Shown one piece after another: positions 22,004 to 32,700 of a stretch of 64,000 nt of DNA (the stretch's first letter is position 1; each line of letters opens with the position of its first letter). The stretch is from an uncultured delta proteobacterium. Lineage in GTDB: Bacteria > Myxococcota > Myxococcia > Myxococcales > Myxococcaceae. The notes beneath the pieces are model-generated. The model searched no databases. It saw only the letters and a program-made list of their open reading frames with translations, and was not told the origin of the DNA. Made by a program: the position numbers and the translations under genes. The stretch spans positions 128,001 to 192,000 of the forward strand of contig CAVYSY010000032.1 of assembly GCA_963771175.1 (NCBI GenBank), read 5' to 3'.

Positions 22004-22953
22004 ATCCATCCTGCGCGCCCTCCCCCTGGTGGAGCTGGGGGGGTTGCTGCTCGTCGCGCTCGCCTGCCTCGTCTTCCAGCTCCGACTGCCCGGCCGACTC
22101 CCCTCCGACGCGGACTACCGCACGGTGGCGGACTGGCTGCGCGCCGAGGCCCGCCCCGGCGACGCGGTGCTGCTCTTCCCCTGGTGGACCGAGACGGCCC
22201 GGCTCTATCTCCCGCCGGAGCTGCCGGTGTCGGCTATCTCGGCTCGGACCAGGACGACCTGGGCGCGCACCCGCGGGTCTGGGTGCTCGGCCAGCCGGAG
22301 CTGCCGCGAGCCGATGTGTCGGGCTTCCAGGCCGCCTTCCTGCCCCGGCGCACCAGGGTGGGAGCACCGCGCCGAGCGGGCAACCTGAAGCTGACGCTGT
22401 ACGAGAACGGCCGCCACCGGCCTCGACACTTCGTGGCCTCGGAGGCGTACGCGAAGGCCCGCGTCTACCTGGAGTCGCCGGACGGCACGCGGCGCGACTG
22501 CCCCTTCGACGGGCGCGTGCACCGCTGCCCCGGGCCGCCGCACCTCTACGTGGCCCCCGAGTGGCATGAGATCTACTACCAGCCGCGCCACTGCCTGTGG
22601 ATGCACCCGCCCGGTGGACAGCAGCGGCTGGTGGCCGAGTTCGACGGCGTGCCCGGCGGGCACGGCAGCTGCGGCTCGAGGGCGGCATCATCTGGGAGTA
22701 CGCCGTCCGCCACGAGCCGCGCCTGAGCACCACACACTTCGGGGTGGAGGACGCGGCCACACGCGAGTCACTGCTGGAGATCTCCCAGCCGGCGGGCCTG
22801 GAGGGCGTGCAGAAGGCATCGCGCGCGCTGCCGCCGGGCGGGCCTCGCACGGTGAAGGTGTGGGTGCAGGCGGAGAATCCGGACTCGCGACAGGTGTGCC
22901 TGGACCTCTTCGCGCTCGGGGACGGGGCCATCGTGTCCCGGGAGGGCACATGA
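21990..22953 (+). CDS. Hypothetical membrane-anchored exported protein (two frameshifts); resembles soluble domains associated with GT-C enzymes
   Basis: TM segment, then DYRTVADWLRAEARPGDAVLLFP and RVWVL; coding bias continuous across three frames; start uncertain. Confidence 0.55.
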
Positions 22954-24787
22954 CGAGCCGGGCACCGACTCGGGACGAGCGCTGGCTGGCGCTGGCGCTG
23001 TGGGTGCTGGCCTTCGTGGCGCTGTTGGCCACCGAGTCCGCGGTGGGCTTCACGCGCGACGAGAGCGTCTACTTCTACGCGGGCGAGAGCTACGCGAGCT
23101 GGTTCCAGCAGCTCTTCCGCGAGCCCGCGCGCGCCCTCACGGACGCGGCCATCGTCCGCGCCTGGGACTTCAACCACGAGCACCCGGTGCTGATGAAGGA
23201 GCTCTTCGGGCTCTCGCACCTGCTCTTCCACGAGACGCTGGGGTGGCTGCGCCCGGCGGCGGCCTTCCGGCTGCCGGCCTTCGCCCTGTCGGCGCTGGTG
23301 CCGGCCCTCATCTTCCTGCTGGGCAGCGCGGTGTACGGCCGCACCGCGGCCCTGTTCGCCGCGCTCTCCTTCCTGCTCGTGCCGCGCCAGTTCTTCAACG
23401 CGGAGCTGGCCTGCTTCGACATGCCGGTCGCGGCCATGTGGCTGCTCGTCGTCTACGCCTTCTGGCGCGCGCTGGAGGACCGGAACTGGGGCGTGCTGTG
23501 CGGCGTCTTCTTCGGCCTGGCGCTGTGCACCAAGCACAACGCCCTCTTCCTCCCCTTCGTCCTCGCGCCCTTCGCGCTGTGGCGCGCGTGGAGCTCCAGC
23601 GAGGGCCACCCGGCCGCGCGCACCGGGCTGTGGCGCGTCGTGGGGCTCTTCGCCGCGGTGGCGGTGCTGTACGCGCTGCTGGTGGTGAGCCTGGGCCCCG
23701 ACCGACTTCCAGCGGAAGTTCTTCCTGCTCAGCCCCCACACGCTGCTCTTCGTGGGGCTGGCGGTGGGCGCCCTGGGGATGCTGCACGAGCTCAACAAGG
23801 TGAACGCGCCCACGGCGCTCGCGCTGCTGCCGCTGGCGACCATGGCGGCGTTCGGGCCCGTCATCTTCTACCTGCACTGGCCCTACCTCTGGCACCACCC
23901 GGTGGAGCGCACGGCCTGGTACCTCGACTTCCACGCCACCCACAACCACTACGCCTGGTTCTACCTGGGCACGCTGCTGCGCGAGCCGCCCTTCCCGCTG
24001 GACTACGTGGTGGTGAAGACGGCGCTCACCGTGCCCACCAGCCTCTTCGTGCCGATGGTGACGGGGCTGGCTGGTGCTCGCCGGGCGCACGGTGCTGAGC
24101 CTCTTCCCGCGCACGCGCGAGTGGGTGCGCATGCCCTCGCTGGCGAGGGGCTGGTGGGCGTGAACGCGGTGGCCTCCATCCTCATCATCAGCCACCCCGA
24201 CGTGCCGCACTTCGGCGGGGTGAAGCACTGGCTGCCCGTCGATGCCCTTCCTGGCCCTGCTCGCGGGCGTGGCGGTGACGCGCGGCTGCGAGGCCCTGGT
24301 GGAGCGGCTGCGCCGCTCGCTGGCCGAGGCTGTCCCTGGCGGCGGTGGCGGCTCCCGTCTTCGCGCTGCTGATGCTGCCGGCGCTCATCGCGCTGGTGCG
24401 CGTGCATCCCGTACGGGACGAGCTACTACTCGGAGCTGGCGGGCGGCGTGCCGGGCGCGGCGTCGCTGGGGATGCAGCGGCAGTTCTGGTCGCAACAACG
24501 TGACCGGCGTGCTGCCGTGGATCAACGAGCACGCACCGCGCAGCGGGCGCGTCTTACCTGCACGAGGTGAACGGGCTACTCGTTCCGCGACTACCAGCGC
24601 AACGGGATGCTGCGCGCGCGACCTGCGGCCGGCGGGGCCCCTCGACGCGGACATCGCCGCGTACCAGTACCACCAGGAGTTCCGCGAGCACGAGTTCAAC
24701 GTCTGGCAGGCCTTCGGGACGCGGACGCCGGCCACGGGGCTGTACCTGGACGAGACGCCGCAGGTGGTCGTCTACCAGCGGCGCTGA
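22950..24787 (+). CDS. GT-C fold membrane glycosyltransferase (ArnT/PMT/GT39-like; multiple frameshifts)
   Basis: GFTRDESVY (DE motif after TM1), EHPVLMK, AAFRLP, FDMP, GLALCTKHN; many TM helices. Confidence 0.8.
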
Positions 24788-24927
24788 GTCATGCCGCGGC
24801 GCGTCGGAACGAAGTGGATTTCACGGACTGTTCAAGCGGAGACGACGAGGAACCCCCAGGGGCGGGAGCCCCGGATTCCGGGTTACGCTTGGGTCACAAC
24901 CGTGGTGGACGTCTCCAGGAGGGACAC

Positions 24928-25557
24928 ATGACTCGGTGGATAGGTGCCGTAGCGGTGGTGGCGCTGGGAGTGGTGGGCTGCCAGCAGGAGCAGAAGCCAG
25001 CGATTGCGCCGCGCGCGGAGCTCAAGACGCTGAGTGGCTCCACGGTGGAGTTCATCCCGAAGGAGGGGCAGCACCCGTACTGCATGCTCTTCACGGTGTC
25101 GGAGAAGGGCATCATCCGGCAGCTCACGATGACGCGCGAGAACCGGTCCATCAAATGCGATGCCGGCAAGCGCATCTACAACTCCAGCTTCCGCATCCCG
25201 GTCGAGGAAGGGTCGGTCCGGGCGTACATCTTCTTCTCGGACCAGCGCATCCAGGCGGGCTCGGTGGCGCAGCAGCTCTATGACCTGCGCGACAAGAAGC
25301 GGGTGACGGCGATGGACTTCCGGTTGCCGGGCGCGGTGTCGGTGGAGATGCTCGAGTTCACGCCGAAGGCGGGCGGCGAGCCGGTGACAGGCGCGGTGGT
25401 GGGCACCACGGACATCGCCGAGGGCGGCCAGACCGACGAAGCCGAAGTCGAGGAGCCCGGACAGGACCTGGCGCCGCCGAGCGACGGCGCGCAGCCGAAG
25501 CCCCCTCCCAGCGGTGACGACAGCGGCGCGAAGACGGCCACGGAAGCCGTGCACTGA
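24928..25557 (+). CDS. Hypothetical lipoprotein with acidic disordered tail
   Basis: AGGAGG RBS; MTRWIGAVAVVALGVVGC lipobox; intact frame. Confidence 0.75.
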   Translation: MTRWIGAVAVVALGVVGCQQEQKPAIAPRAELKTLSGSTVEFIPKEGQHPYCMLFTVSEKGIIRQLTMTRENRSIKCDAGKRIYNSSFRIPVEEGSVRAYIFFSDQRIQAGSVAQQLYDLRDKKRVTAMDFRLPGAVSVEMLEFTPKAGGEPVTGAVVGTTDIAEGGQTDEAEVEEPGQDLAPPSDGAQPKPPPSGDDSGAKTATEAVH

Positions 25558-25635
25558 GGCTGGCCCGTCGCCCGCCGAACGGGAGCCACCGCCCCACCCG
25601 GGCGGGGGCTTGCCGGCATCATTACCTTGCCGGCC

Positions 25636-27022
25636 ATGACCACCCTTACTGTCGACAATCCGTACACCGGGGACATCGCCTGTTCCGTCCCGCTCGCGGA
25701 TGAGGCGACCGTCAACACCCTCCTCGACCAGGCCCGTGCCGCCGCGAGGACCGTACGCTCGACTCCTCTCTCCGAGCGCAAGGCCTGGTGCGAGCGCATG
25801 GTCGCCGCCATGGAGGCACGCGCGGAGAGCATCGCCGCCGACATCTCCCGGATGATGGGCAAGCCGCTCGGCCAGGCGCGCAACGAGGTCCGCGGGATGG
25901 CCGAGCGCGCCCGCTACATGATCTCCGTCGCCGACGCGGCGCTGGCGGACATCGTGCTGCCGGACAAGGCCGGCTTCGAGCGCCGGATCATCAAGGAGCC
26001 GCTCGGGGTGGTGCTCGATCTCCCCGCCTGGAACTACCCGCTGCTCACGGCGGTGAACGTGGTGGTCCCGGCGGTGCTTGCGGGCAACGCGGTGGTGGTG
26101 AAGCACTCGCCGCGCTCGCCGTTGTGCGGTGAGCACTTCGCCCGTGCCTTCGCGGAAGCAGGCGCGCCCAGGCACCTTGTCCAGGCGATGCACTGCGACC
26201 ACCCCACCAGCGAGCGCATGGTGGGAGATCCGCGCGTCGACCATGTCGTGTTCACGGGCTCGGTGTACGGCGGCCAGAGGCTCGTCCAGGCAGCCTCCAA
26301 GCGCTTCATCCACATCGGTCTGGAGCTGGGCGGGAACGACCCGGCCTACGTGGCGCCGGACTGCGACTTCGACAAGACGGTGGAGAACGTGGTCGACGGC
26401 GCCATGTACAACGCCGGCCAGAGTTGCTGCGCGGTGGAGCGCGTCTACGTGCACCGCTCCCTCTACAAGCGCTTCATCGAGGCGTGCGAGACGCTCGTGC
26501 GCGGCTACGTGCTCGGCGATCCGATGAGTGACAAGACGTCCCTCGGGCCCATCGCCCAACCGAACCACCCGGCCGAGCTGGATCAACTGGTGGAGGACGC
26601 CCGCCGCAAGGGAGCCCGCGTGGTGGCCGGCGGCAAGCGGCTCCAGGTGGATGGCAAGGGCCGCTTCTTCGAGGCCACCCTGCTCGCCGATCTGGATCAC
26701 TCGATGCGGCTGATGAAGCAGGAGTCGTTCGGTCCCCTCCTCCCCATCGCCCCGGTGGACTCGGACGAGGAGGCGCTCGCGAAGATGAACGACTCGGAGT
26801 TCGGGCTGACCGCCAGCGTCTGGACGAAGGACCGCGAGCGAGCCGCCCGCTTCGCCACCCGAGCTCGAGTGCGGCACCGTCTACATGAACCGCTGCGACT
26901 CGGTCGACCCGGCGCTGCCGTGGATTGGCGTGAAGAACTCGGGGCGCGGGCACAACCTGAGCACCCTCGGGTTCGACCAACTCACCCGACCGAAGTCGAT
27001 CCACTTCCGGCTGTCGTTCTAA
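25636..27022 (+). CDS. Aldehyde dehydrogenase (frameshift near 26860)
   Basis: AWNYP, FTGS, LELGGND, GQSCCAVER, ESFGP and YMNRCDSVDPALPWIGVKNSGRG (shifted frame). Confidence 0.92.
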
Positions 27023-27079
27023 CCCCGGCGGTTCCCCCTGCCCTCGGAGAACCGCCGGCCGTCCGGTCGCGTTCTTCAA

Positions 27080-27106
27080 AAACCTGTCCGACAGTCGGAC
27101 AGGTTT
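27080..27106. repeat. Perfect 13-bp-arm inverted repeat (REP-like element or bidirectional terminator)
   Basis: AAACCTGTCCGAC-A-GTCGGACAGGTTT between convergent ALDH and ADH genes. Confidence 0.8.
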
Positions 27107-27150
27107 CTCGAAACCGCTCCCGGCAGGCCCACTGGCCCCGATGGGATGAC

Positions 27151-28335
27151 CTAGAACGACTCGCGCAGCATCGCGAGCAGGTCGTCCTGGGTGCACGGGC
27201 GCGGGTTGCCGCGGTGCGAGGCATCCACGAAGGACTTCTCGGCGATGCGCACCAGGTCCTTCTCCTGCACGCCCGCGTCACGCAGGCGCGAGGGGATGCC
27301 GATGGAGGCGTTCAGCTTGCGCACCCGGTCGATGGCGTTGCCCGCGAGCACCTCCTCGCGCGAGTTGGAGGTGTCCCCCATGGCCACCGCTACGCGAGCC
27401 AGGCGCCCGGTGCTGACGGGGCGGTTGAACTCCATCACCACGGGCAGAACGATGGCGTTGGCCAGACCATGGTGTACGCCGGAGATGGGCGTGAGCGCGT
27501 GTGCCAGCGAATGGCAGGCCCCGAGCCCCTTCTGGAAGGCCATGGCGCCCTCCATGGCCGCCACCATCATGTCGGTGCGGGCCATGAGGTTGCGCCCCTC
27601 CTCCACGGCCTTCGGGAGCGAGCGCGCCACGCGAGCGATACCGTCGATGGCCACCGCATCCGCCAGCGGGTGGAAGCCGTTGGACAGGTAGGCCTCCAGG
27701 CAGTGCGTGAAGGCGTCCATGCCCGTGGCCGCGGTGGGCCCCGGCGGCAGGCCGAGCGTCAGCTCCGGATCGCAGATGGCCGCCTTGGGCATGAGGAACG
27801 GGCTGAAGATGACCGTCTTGCGTCCGGTATCCGAGAGCGTCGCCACTCCCGAGCGGCTCACCTCGGAGCCCGTACCGGCCGTGGTGGGGATGGCGATCAG
27901 CGGCGGCATGTTGTCCCGCACGTACTGGTCCCCGCCCGTCGCATCGTCATAGCGCGACAGGGGAGGCTCGTGCGTGGTGAGGACCTGAACCAGCTTCGCC
28001 GCGTCGAGCGGGCTGCCACCGCCGAGCGCGATGATGCCGTCGCACTTGTTCGCCTTGTAGGCCTCCAGCCCCCCGAAGGCATCGCGCTCGGTGGGGTCGG
28101 GCTTCACCTGGTCGAACACCGCGAAGGCCACTCCGGCGCCCTTGAGCACGTCGTACAGACGCTGAGCCAGCCCCGCCTTCACCACCCCCGAATCCGTCAC
28201 CACCAGCGGGCGCTTCATGTTCAGCCTCGCCACCTGGGCGGGCAGTCGCTGCAGCGCGCCGGCCCCGAAGACGACCTTCGTCGGCCAGGACATCTCGGTG
28301 ATGCGCGGCTCGCTCGGCATGTCGAACGGTTTCAT
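27151..28335 (-). CDS. Iron-containing alcohol dehydrogenase
   Basis: Intact ORF with GGGSPLDAAK, IPTTAGTGSE, DAFTHCLEAY, HSLAH and HHGLAN. Confidence 0.93.
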   Translation of the reverse strand: MKPFDMPSEPRITEMSWPTKVVFGAGALQRLPAQVARLNMKRPLVVTDSGVVKAGLAQRLYDVLKGAGVAFAVFDQVKPDPTERDAFGGLEAYKANKCDGIIALGGGSPLDAAKLVQVLTTHEPPLSRYDDATGGDQYVRDNMPPLIAIPTTAGTGSEVSRSGVATLSDTGRKTVIFSPFLMPKAAICDPELTLGLPPGPTAATGMDAFTHCLEAYLSNGFHPLADAVAIDGIARVARSLPKAVEEGRNLMARTDMMVAAMEGAMAFQKGLGACHSLAHALTPISGVHHGLANAIVLPVVMEFNRPVSTGRLARVAVAMGDTSNSREEVLAGNAIDRVRKLNASIGIPSRLRDAGVQEKDLVRIAEKSFVDASHRGNPRPCTQDDLLAMLRESF

Positions 28336-28344
28336 TCGGTGTCT

Positions 28345-29806
28345 CCTGAATGAGCTCCATGTAGCGCTCGAGCTCCCAGCTCGTGACGGCGCGCTCGTAC
28401 TGCCGGGCCTCCCACTCGCGCGTGCGCACGAAGTGGTCCAGGAACTCCTCGCCCAGAATCAGCTTCGCCCGCTTGGACGCCTTCAGCAGCGTCACCGCCT
28501 CCTTGAGCGAGCGCGGCAGCATCGGCGCCTCGGCCGAGTACCCATTGCCCACGCACGGAGCGGGGGGCTCCACCTCGTTCTCGATGCCCCACAGGCCGGC
28601 CGCCAGGCTCGCCGCCATGCCGATGTACGCGTTCATGTCCGCGCCCGTCTGGCGGTACTCGATGCGCATCGACTTGGGGCTGTCCCCGATGATGCGCACC
28701 GCCGTGGTCCGGTTCTCCCAGCCCCACGTGGCCGTCACCGGCGCCCACGTGTTCTCCACGCTGCGCTTGTAGCTGTTCACCGTGGGCCAGTAGAGCGCCG
28801 TGAACTCCGGCATCAGCGCCATCAGCCCGCCGATGTAGTGCCGCATCGTCGTGCTCATGCCGTCGGCCGACTCGGGGTCATGGAAGGCGTTCTCGTCCTC
28901 CTTGAGCGTCCACAGCGACTGGTGGAGGTGCCCCGAGCACCCCGGCAGCTTTTCGTTCACCTTGGCCATGAAGCAGGCCGTCAGCCCGTGGCGCGAGCAG
29001 ATCTCCTTCACCACCGTCTTGAAGAGCGCCGCCTTGTCCGCGGCCTTCTCCAGGTCGTCATAGCGGATGGCGGCCTCGAAGACGCCCGGGCCCGTCTCGG
29101 TGTGGAAGCCCTCCAGCTCCAGGCCGAAGTCCCGGCACCCGTCGATGAGGGCGTGCACCAGCGGCGCGCTGAGCGACGTGCGCAGCCACGAGTAGCCGAA
29201 CATGCCCGGCGTCAGCGGCGTCAGGTTCGCGAAGCCCTTCTCCTTCAGCGACTGCGGCGTCTCCTTGAAGATGAAGAACTCGTACTCGGCGCCGAACCTC
29301 GGCAGGAAGCCCATGTCGCGCGCGCGCTGACCCATCTTCCGCAGGAGCTGCCGCGGGCTCGGCTCGAAGGGCGAGCCATCCGGGTTCACGAAGTCCAGGA
29401 GGAAGGCCGCGGTGTCCGGCTCCCACGGGATGATGCGCCCGGTGGAGATGTCCACCCTGGCATGCCCGTCCGGGTAGCCGGTGTGCCAGCCCGTCACCCG
29501 CGTGTTGTCCAGCAGCTCGTCCGTGATGTCCCAGCCGAACACCACGTCACAGAAGCCGAGCCCGCTCTTGCTCGCGGAGAAGAACTTCTCCAACGACACG
29601 TACTTGCCGCGCCAGACGCCATCCACGTCCACCGCGCCAAGCTTCACCTGCCGCACGCCCTGCTCCTCGAACCACTTGTGCAGCAGGTCCGTACCCGAGG
29701 CCTGGCGCAGCGCTCTGACGGAGCCGCGCTCCTTCTCCTTCGAGCGAGCACGCCTGCCCGCCGGCTGCGGCAGCGAAATGACCTTCGCCTTGGAACGGTT
29801 CGCCAT
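28345..29806 (-). CDS. Glutamine synthetase-like gamma-glutamyl-amine ligase (native stop apparently lost to an indel; end approximate)
   Basis: DVDGVWRGK, GAEYEFF, HTETGPGVFE, SGHLHQSL, VNSYKR, WGWENRT, RIEYR; no C-terminal adenylylation segment seen. Confidence 0.88.
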
Positions 29807-29895
29807 TGGCTTTTTCACCTTCATGGAAACTCCAAGCGGCAGCCGAAGCTAGGGAGCGACATACGATGCGGCAACCCGACCCACCGAGAGGCGCG

Positions 29896-30633
29896 ATGAA
29901 GAACGTTCTCCTGTTGAAAGCCGGTGATGCGGCCCACTCCGTACGTCTAACCGTCGGTGACTATGAGCGCTGGTTCGTGGAGTCGCTCGCCCCGGGTGGG
30001 TGCCAGTTCGACATCCTCCACGTCCACCGGGGAGCCAGGCTGCCCGGCAGCGCCGAGGGCTACGACGCGGTGATGATGACGGGCTCCCCGCTGTCGGTGA
30101 CGCAGCCGGAGCCGTGGATGGAGCGCGCGGCCGGGTTCATGGTGGACGCGGCGGCCCACGACGTGCCGGTGCTCGGGGTGTGCTTCGGGCACCAGTTGCT
30201 CGCGTACGCGCACGGGGCCCGCGTGGTGCGCAACCACCAGGGGCGCGAGATTGGCACCGTGGAGGTCACCCTGAGCGAGGCGGGCCGGGAGGATCCGCTC
30301 TTCGACGGAGTGCCCGAGCGCTTCACCGTCCAGGCCACCCACGAGGACATCGTCGAGCAGGCCCCGGAGGGCACGACGGTGCTCGCGGGCAATGCGAACA
30401 CCGCCGTGCAGGCGCTCGCCTTCGGCCCCCTCATCCGCGGCGTGCAGTTCCACCCCGAGGTCCAGCCCGAGGCCATGCGCGCCCTCATTCTCGCCCGCGA
30501 GGAGAAGTTGGAAGTCGAAGCAACCCAGCGGGGTTGCTCGCCCGGAGAGCGAGTGCCCCGGCTGCTGGCCGGGATTGCCCCCTCGCCCGCCGGGCGGCGC
30601 ATCCTCCAGAACTTCCTGGAGCGGTTCACCTGA
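29896..30633 (+). CDS. Class I glutamine amidotransferase-like protein
   Basis: MTGSP, VLGVCFGHQLL nucleophile elbow and GVQFHPE catalytic His-Glu. Confidence 0.9.
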   Translation: MKNVLLLKAGDAAHSVRLTVGDYERWFVESLAPGGCQFDILHVHRGARLPGSAEGYDAVMMTGSPLSVTQPEPWMERAAGFMVDAAAHDVPVLGVCFGHQLLAYAHGARVVRNHQGREIGTVEVTLSEAGREDPLFDGVPERFTVQATHEDIVEQAPEGTTVLAGNANTAVQALAFGPLIRGVQFHPEVQPEAMRALILAREEKLEVEATQRGCSPGERVPRLLAGIAPSPAGRRILQNFLERFT

Positions 30634-30659
30634 GGGCGCGGCTGGGGTAGGTACACGCC

Positions 30660-31118
30660 ATGGCCTCCCGCTGGGACTACCTCTTCGAGACCAAGCCGGT
30701 GCCGCTCATCGACCACCTCATCGAGGAGGTGGCGAAGCTGCTGGCGAAGGATCTCGACCGCTGGCCGCCACCCGTCCAGGAGATTGACCTGGAAGTGGGT
30801 GGCCAGTTCGCGCCCCTCTTCACCGAGCCCCCGCCGCGCCCGTCCCGGGCCGTGTACGACGAGGCCTTCCGCCTCTCGCGCTGGGAGCTGGCCCGGGAGC
30901 TCGACGCCTACGACGACTACATGCGCAACAAGCGCTACCTGGCGCAGGGCCTGGCCCCCACGGATCGGCTGACCCTGCTCTTCCTCAACCGGTGGATCGT
31001 CGACCAGATGCTCGGACTGGGAGAGGCCACGGAAGGCCGCGTCAATCGCCGGCTCATGCAGCAATGTCTCGACCGCCTGGAAGCTCGCTTGCGGATGGTT
31101 CAGACGCCCTTTGCTTGA
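30660..31118 (+). CDS. Hypothetical protein
   Basis: Intact 152-aa ORF with typical GC3-rich codon usage; no motif recognised. Confidence 0.7.
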   Translation: MASRWDYLFETKPVPLIDHLIEEVAKLLAKDLDRWPPPVQEIDLEVGGQFAPLFTEPPPRPSRAVYDEAFRLSRWELARELDAYDDYMRNKRYLAQGLAPTDRLTLLFLNRWIVDQMLGLGEATEGRVNRRLMQQCLDRLEARLRMVQTPFA

Positions 31119-31150
31119 GGCCGGGCGGCCCCTCTGCGATAAGCCGCGCC

Positions 31151-32350
31151 ATGCTGCAGCCCCACGACCACGATGCCCCGGCGGAAAGCCGCAAGCGCCT
31201 CCTCATCCTGTTGGGGCTGTGGGCGACCATCGCCGTCATCCTGTTCGCCTTCCGCTCGGTGCTGCTGCCCTTCGCGAGCGCCGCGCTCATCGCCTACCTC
31301 GTCCACCCGCTGGTGACGCGCATCTCCCGGGTCCAGGTGCGCGGGCGGAACGTGCCCCGCTGGGTGGCCATCCTGGTCATCTACGCGCTCTTCTTCGTGG
31401 TGGCGTACCTCTTCTTCATCGCCATGGTGCCCCAGCTCTACCGCGAGCTGGCGCGCATCAGCCGCGACGGGGTCGCCTTCGTCAACTCGCTCACGCCCGA
31501 GCGCGTCCACGCGCTCGCCAACCAGCGCCGAGGAGTGGCTCCGGGCCAACGGCATCCCCGTGGCCATCACCACGCCCCAGGAGAGCCGCTCCGGAGCGCC
31601 CACCAACGGCGTCGCCCTGAACCTGGAGCAGCTCATCCAGGATGGCGCCGCGAGCCTGTCGGCCCTCACCCGCGAGCACCTGGGCGACATCGTCACCGTG
31701 TCGCGCAACATCGTCACGTCGGTGCTGGCCGGCGTGTTCATGCTGTTCTTCATGCTGATGGTCGCCGCGTTCTTCTCCATCGACGCGCAGGCCATCGTCG
31801 CGGCTACGTCACCAGCCTCATCCCGGCCGAGTACGCCGCCGACGCGCGGCTGCTGCTCGAGCGCATCGACCGCTCGCTGTCCGGGGTGGTGCGCGGCCAG
31901 GTGACCATCTGCCTGGTCAACGGCGCGCTCACCTTCGTGGGGCTGCTGCTGTTCGGGGTGAAGTTCGCCTTCCTGCTGGCCACCGTGGCCACGCTCTTCA
32001 GCCTCATCCCCATCTTCGGCACCATCCTCAGCTCGGTGCCCATCGTGCTCATCGCGCTGTCGGACGGCTTCCAGAAGGGCTTCGCCATCCTGCTGTGGAT
32101 CGTCGGCATCCACGCGCTGGAGGCCTACTTCCTCAACCCGAAGATCATGGGCTCGGCGGCGCGCATCCACCCGGTCATCGTGGCCTTCAGCCTGATCGCC
32201 GGGGAGAAGCTCTTCGGCCTGGTGGGCGCGCTCTTCGCGGTGCCCGTGGCCTCCATCGTGGTGGCCTGCTTCGACTACGCCCGCATCAAGGCGCAGCCGA
32301 GGCCCGGGACCCTCGTGCTCGAGCCCGTCCAGCCGCCCGAGCAGCCCTGA
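31151..32350 (+). CDS. AI-2E family (PerM/TqsA) transporter (two compensating frameshifts)
   Basis: AALIAYLVHPLV, VRGQVTIC, SLIPIFG, LEAYFLNPKIMG...IHP and GLVGALFAVP. Confidence 0.88.
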   Translation: MLQPHDHDAPAESRKRLLILLGLWATIAVILFAFRSVLLPFASAALIAYLVHPLVTRISRVQVRGRNVPRWVAILVIYALFFVVAYLFFIAMVPQLYRELARISRDGVAFVNSLTPERVHALANQRRGVAPGQRHPRGHHHAPGEPLRSAHQRRRPEPGAAHPGWRREPVGPHPRAPGRHRHRVAQHRHVGAGRRVHAVLHADGRRVLLHRRAGHRRGYVTSLIPAEYAADARLLLERIDRSLSGVVRGQVTICLVNGALTFVGLLLFGVKFAFLLATVATLFSLIPIFGTILSSVPIVLIALSDGFQKGFAILLWIVGIHALEAYFLNPKIMGSAARIHPVIVAFSLIAGEKLFGLVGALFAVPVASIVVACFDYARIKAQPRPGTLVLEPVQPPEQP

Positions 32351-32374
32351 GACGCTCGGGCGGGCGAGCCCGGC

Positions 32375-32689
32375 TCAGCCCTGGCAGGCGGCCTCGCAGC
32401 GCGAGTCGCGGCAGATGACGAGGCAGCGACCGCAGTCGAGGCCATTGACCGGGCACGCGCCGTCACACCGCACGCCGCTGCAGTTGGGCCCGTCCTGGAC
32501 GTGGGTGGGGTTGGTGCCCTGGCCGCAGCACGCGTTGCCCGTGCAGTCCGAGTCCGTGTAGCAGACGCGGTTGGACAACGGTGCCGGGTTGTCGCCGAAG
32601 TCGTCGTCGACTGGGCCGCACCCGGCGGCCACTCCGAGCACCGCCCCCAGAGCGAGGGCGATGAGGGAACCAGAGCGGGTGCGGCGCAT
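32375..32689 (-). CDS. Small cysteine-rich lipoprotein
   Basis: AAGC lipobox; 12 further cysteines; starts 11 nt after the rho stop. Confidence 0.8.
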   Translation of the reverse strand: MRRTRSGSLIALALGAVLGVAAGCGPVDDDFGDNPAPLSNRVCYTDSDCTGNACCGQGTNPTHVQDGPNCSGVRCDGACPVNGLDCGRCLVICRDSRCEAACQG

Positions 32690-32700
32690 ATGTCGACTCC

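Noticed and set aside
24806..24835. Possible ECF sigma promoter (GGAAC...TGTTCA) upstream of the 24928 lipoprotein
   Set aside because: Short match with ambiguous spacing; cannot be distinguished from chance without TSS data
25627..28353. 908-aa ALDH ORF suggesting a large fusion
   Set aside because: A frameshift near 26860 sends the frame antisense through the ADH gene; the true ALDH C-terminus ends at 27022 in another frame
27947..29824. 625-aa glutamine synthetase ORF overlapping the ADH gene
   Set aside because: GS similarity ends at WELERYMELI; the extension is out-of-frame read-through, probably from an indel at the stop, and ADH has its own AGGAG RBS
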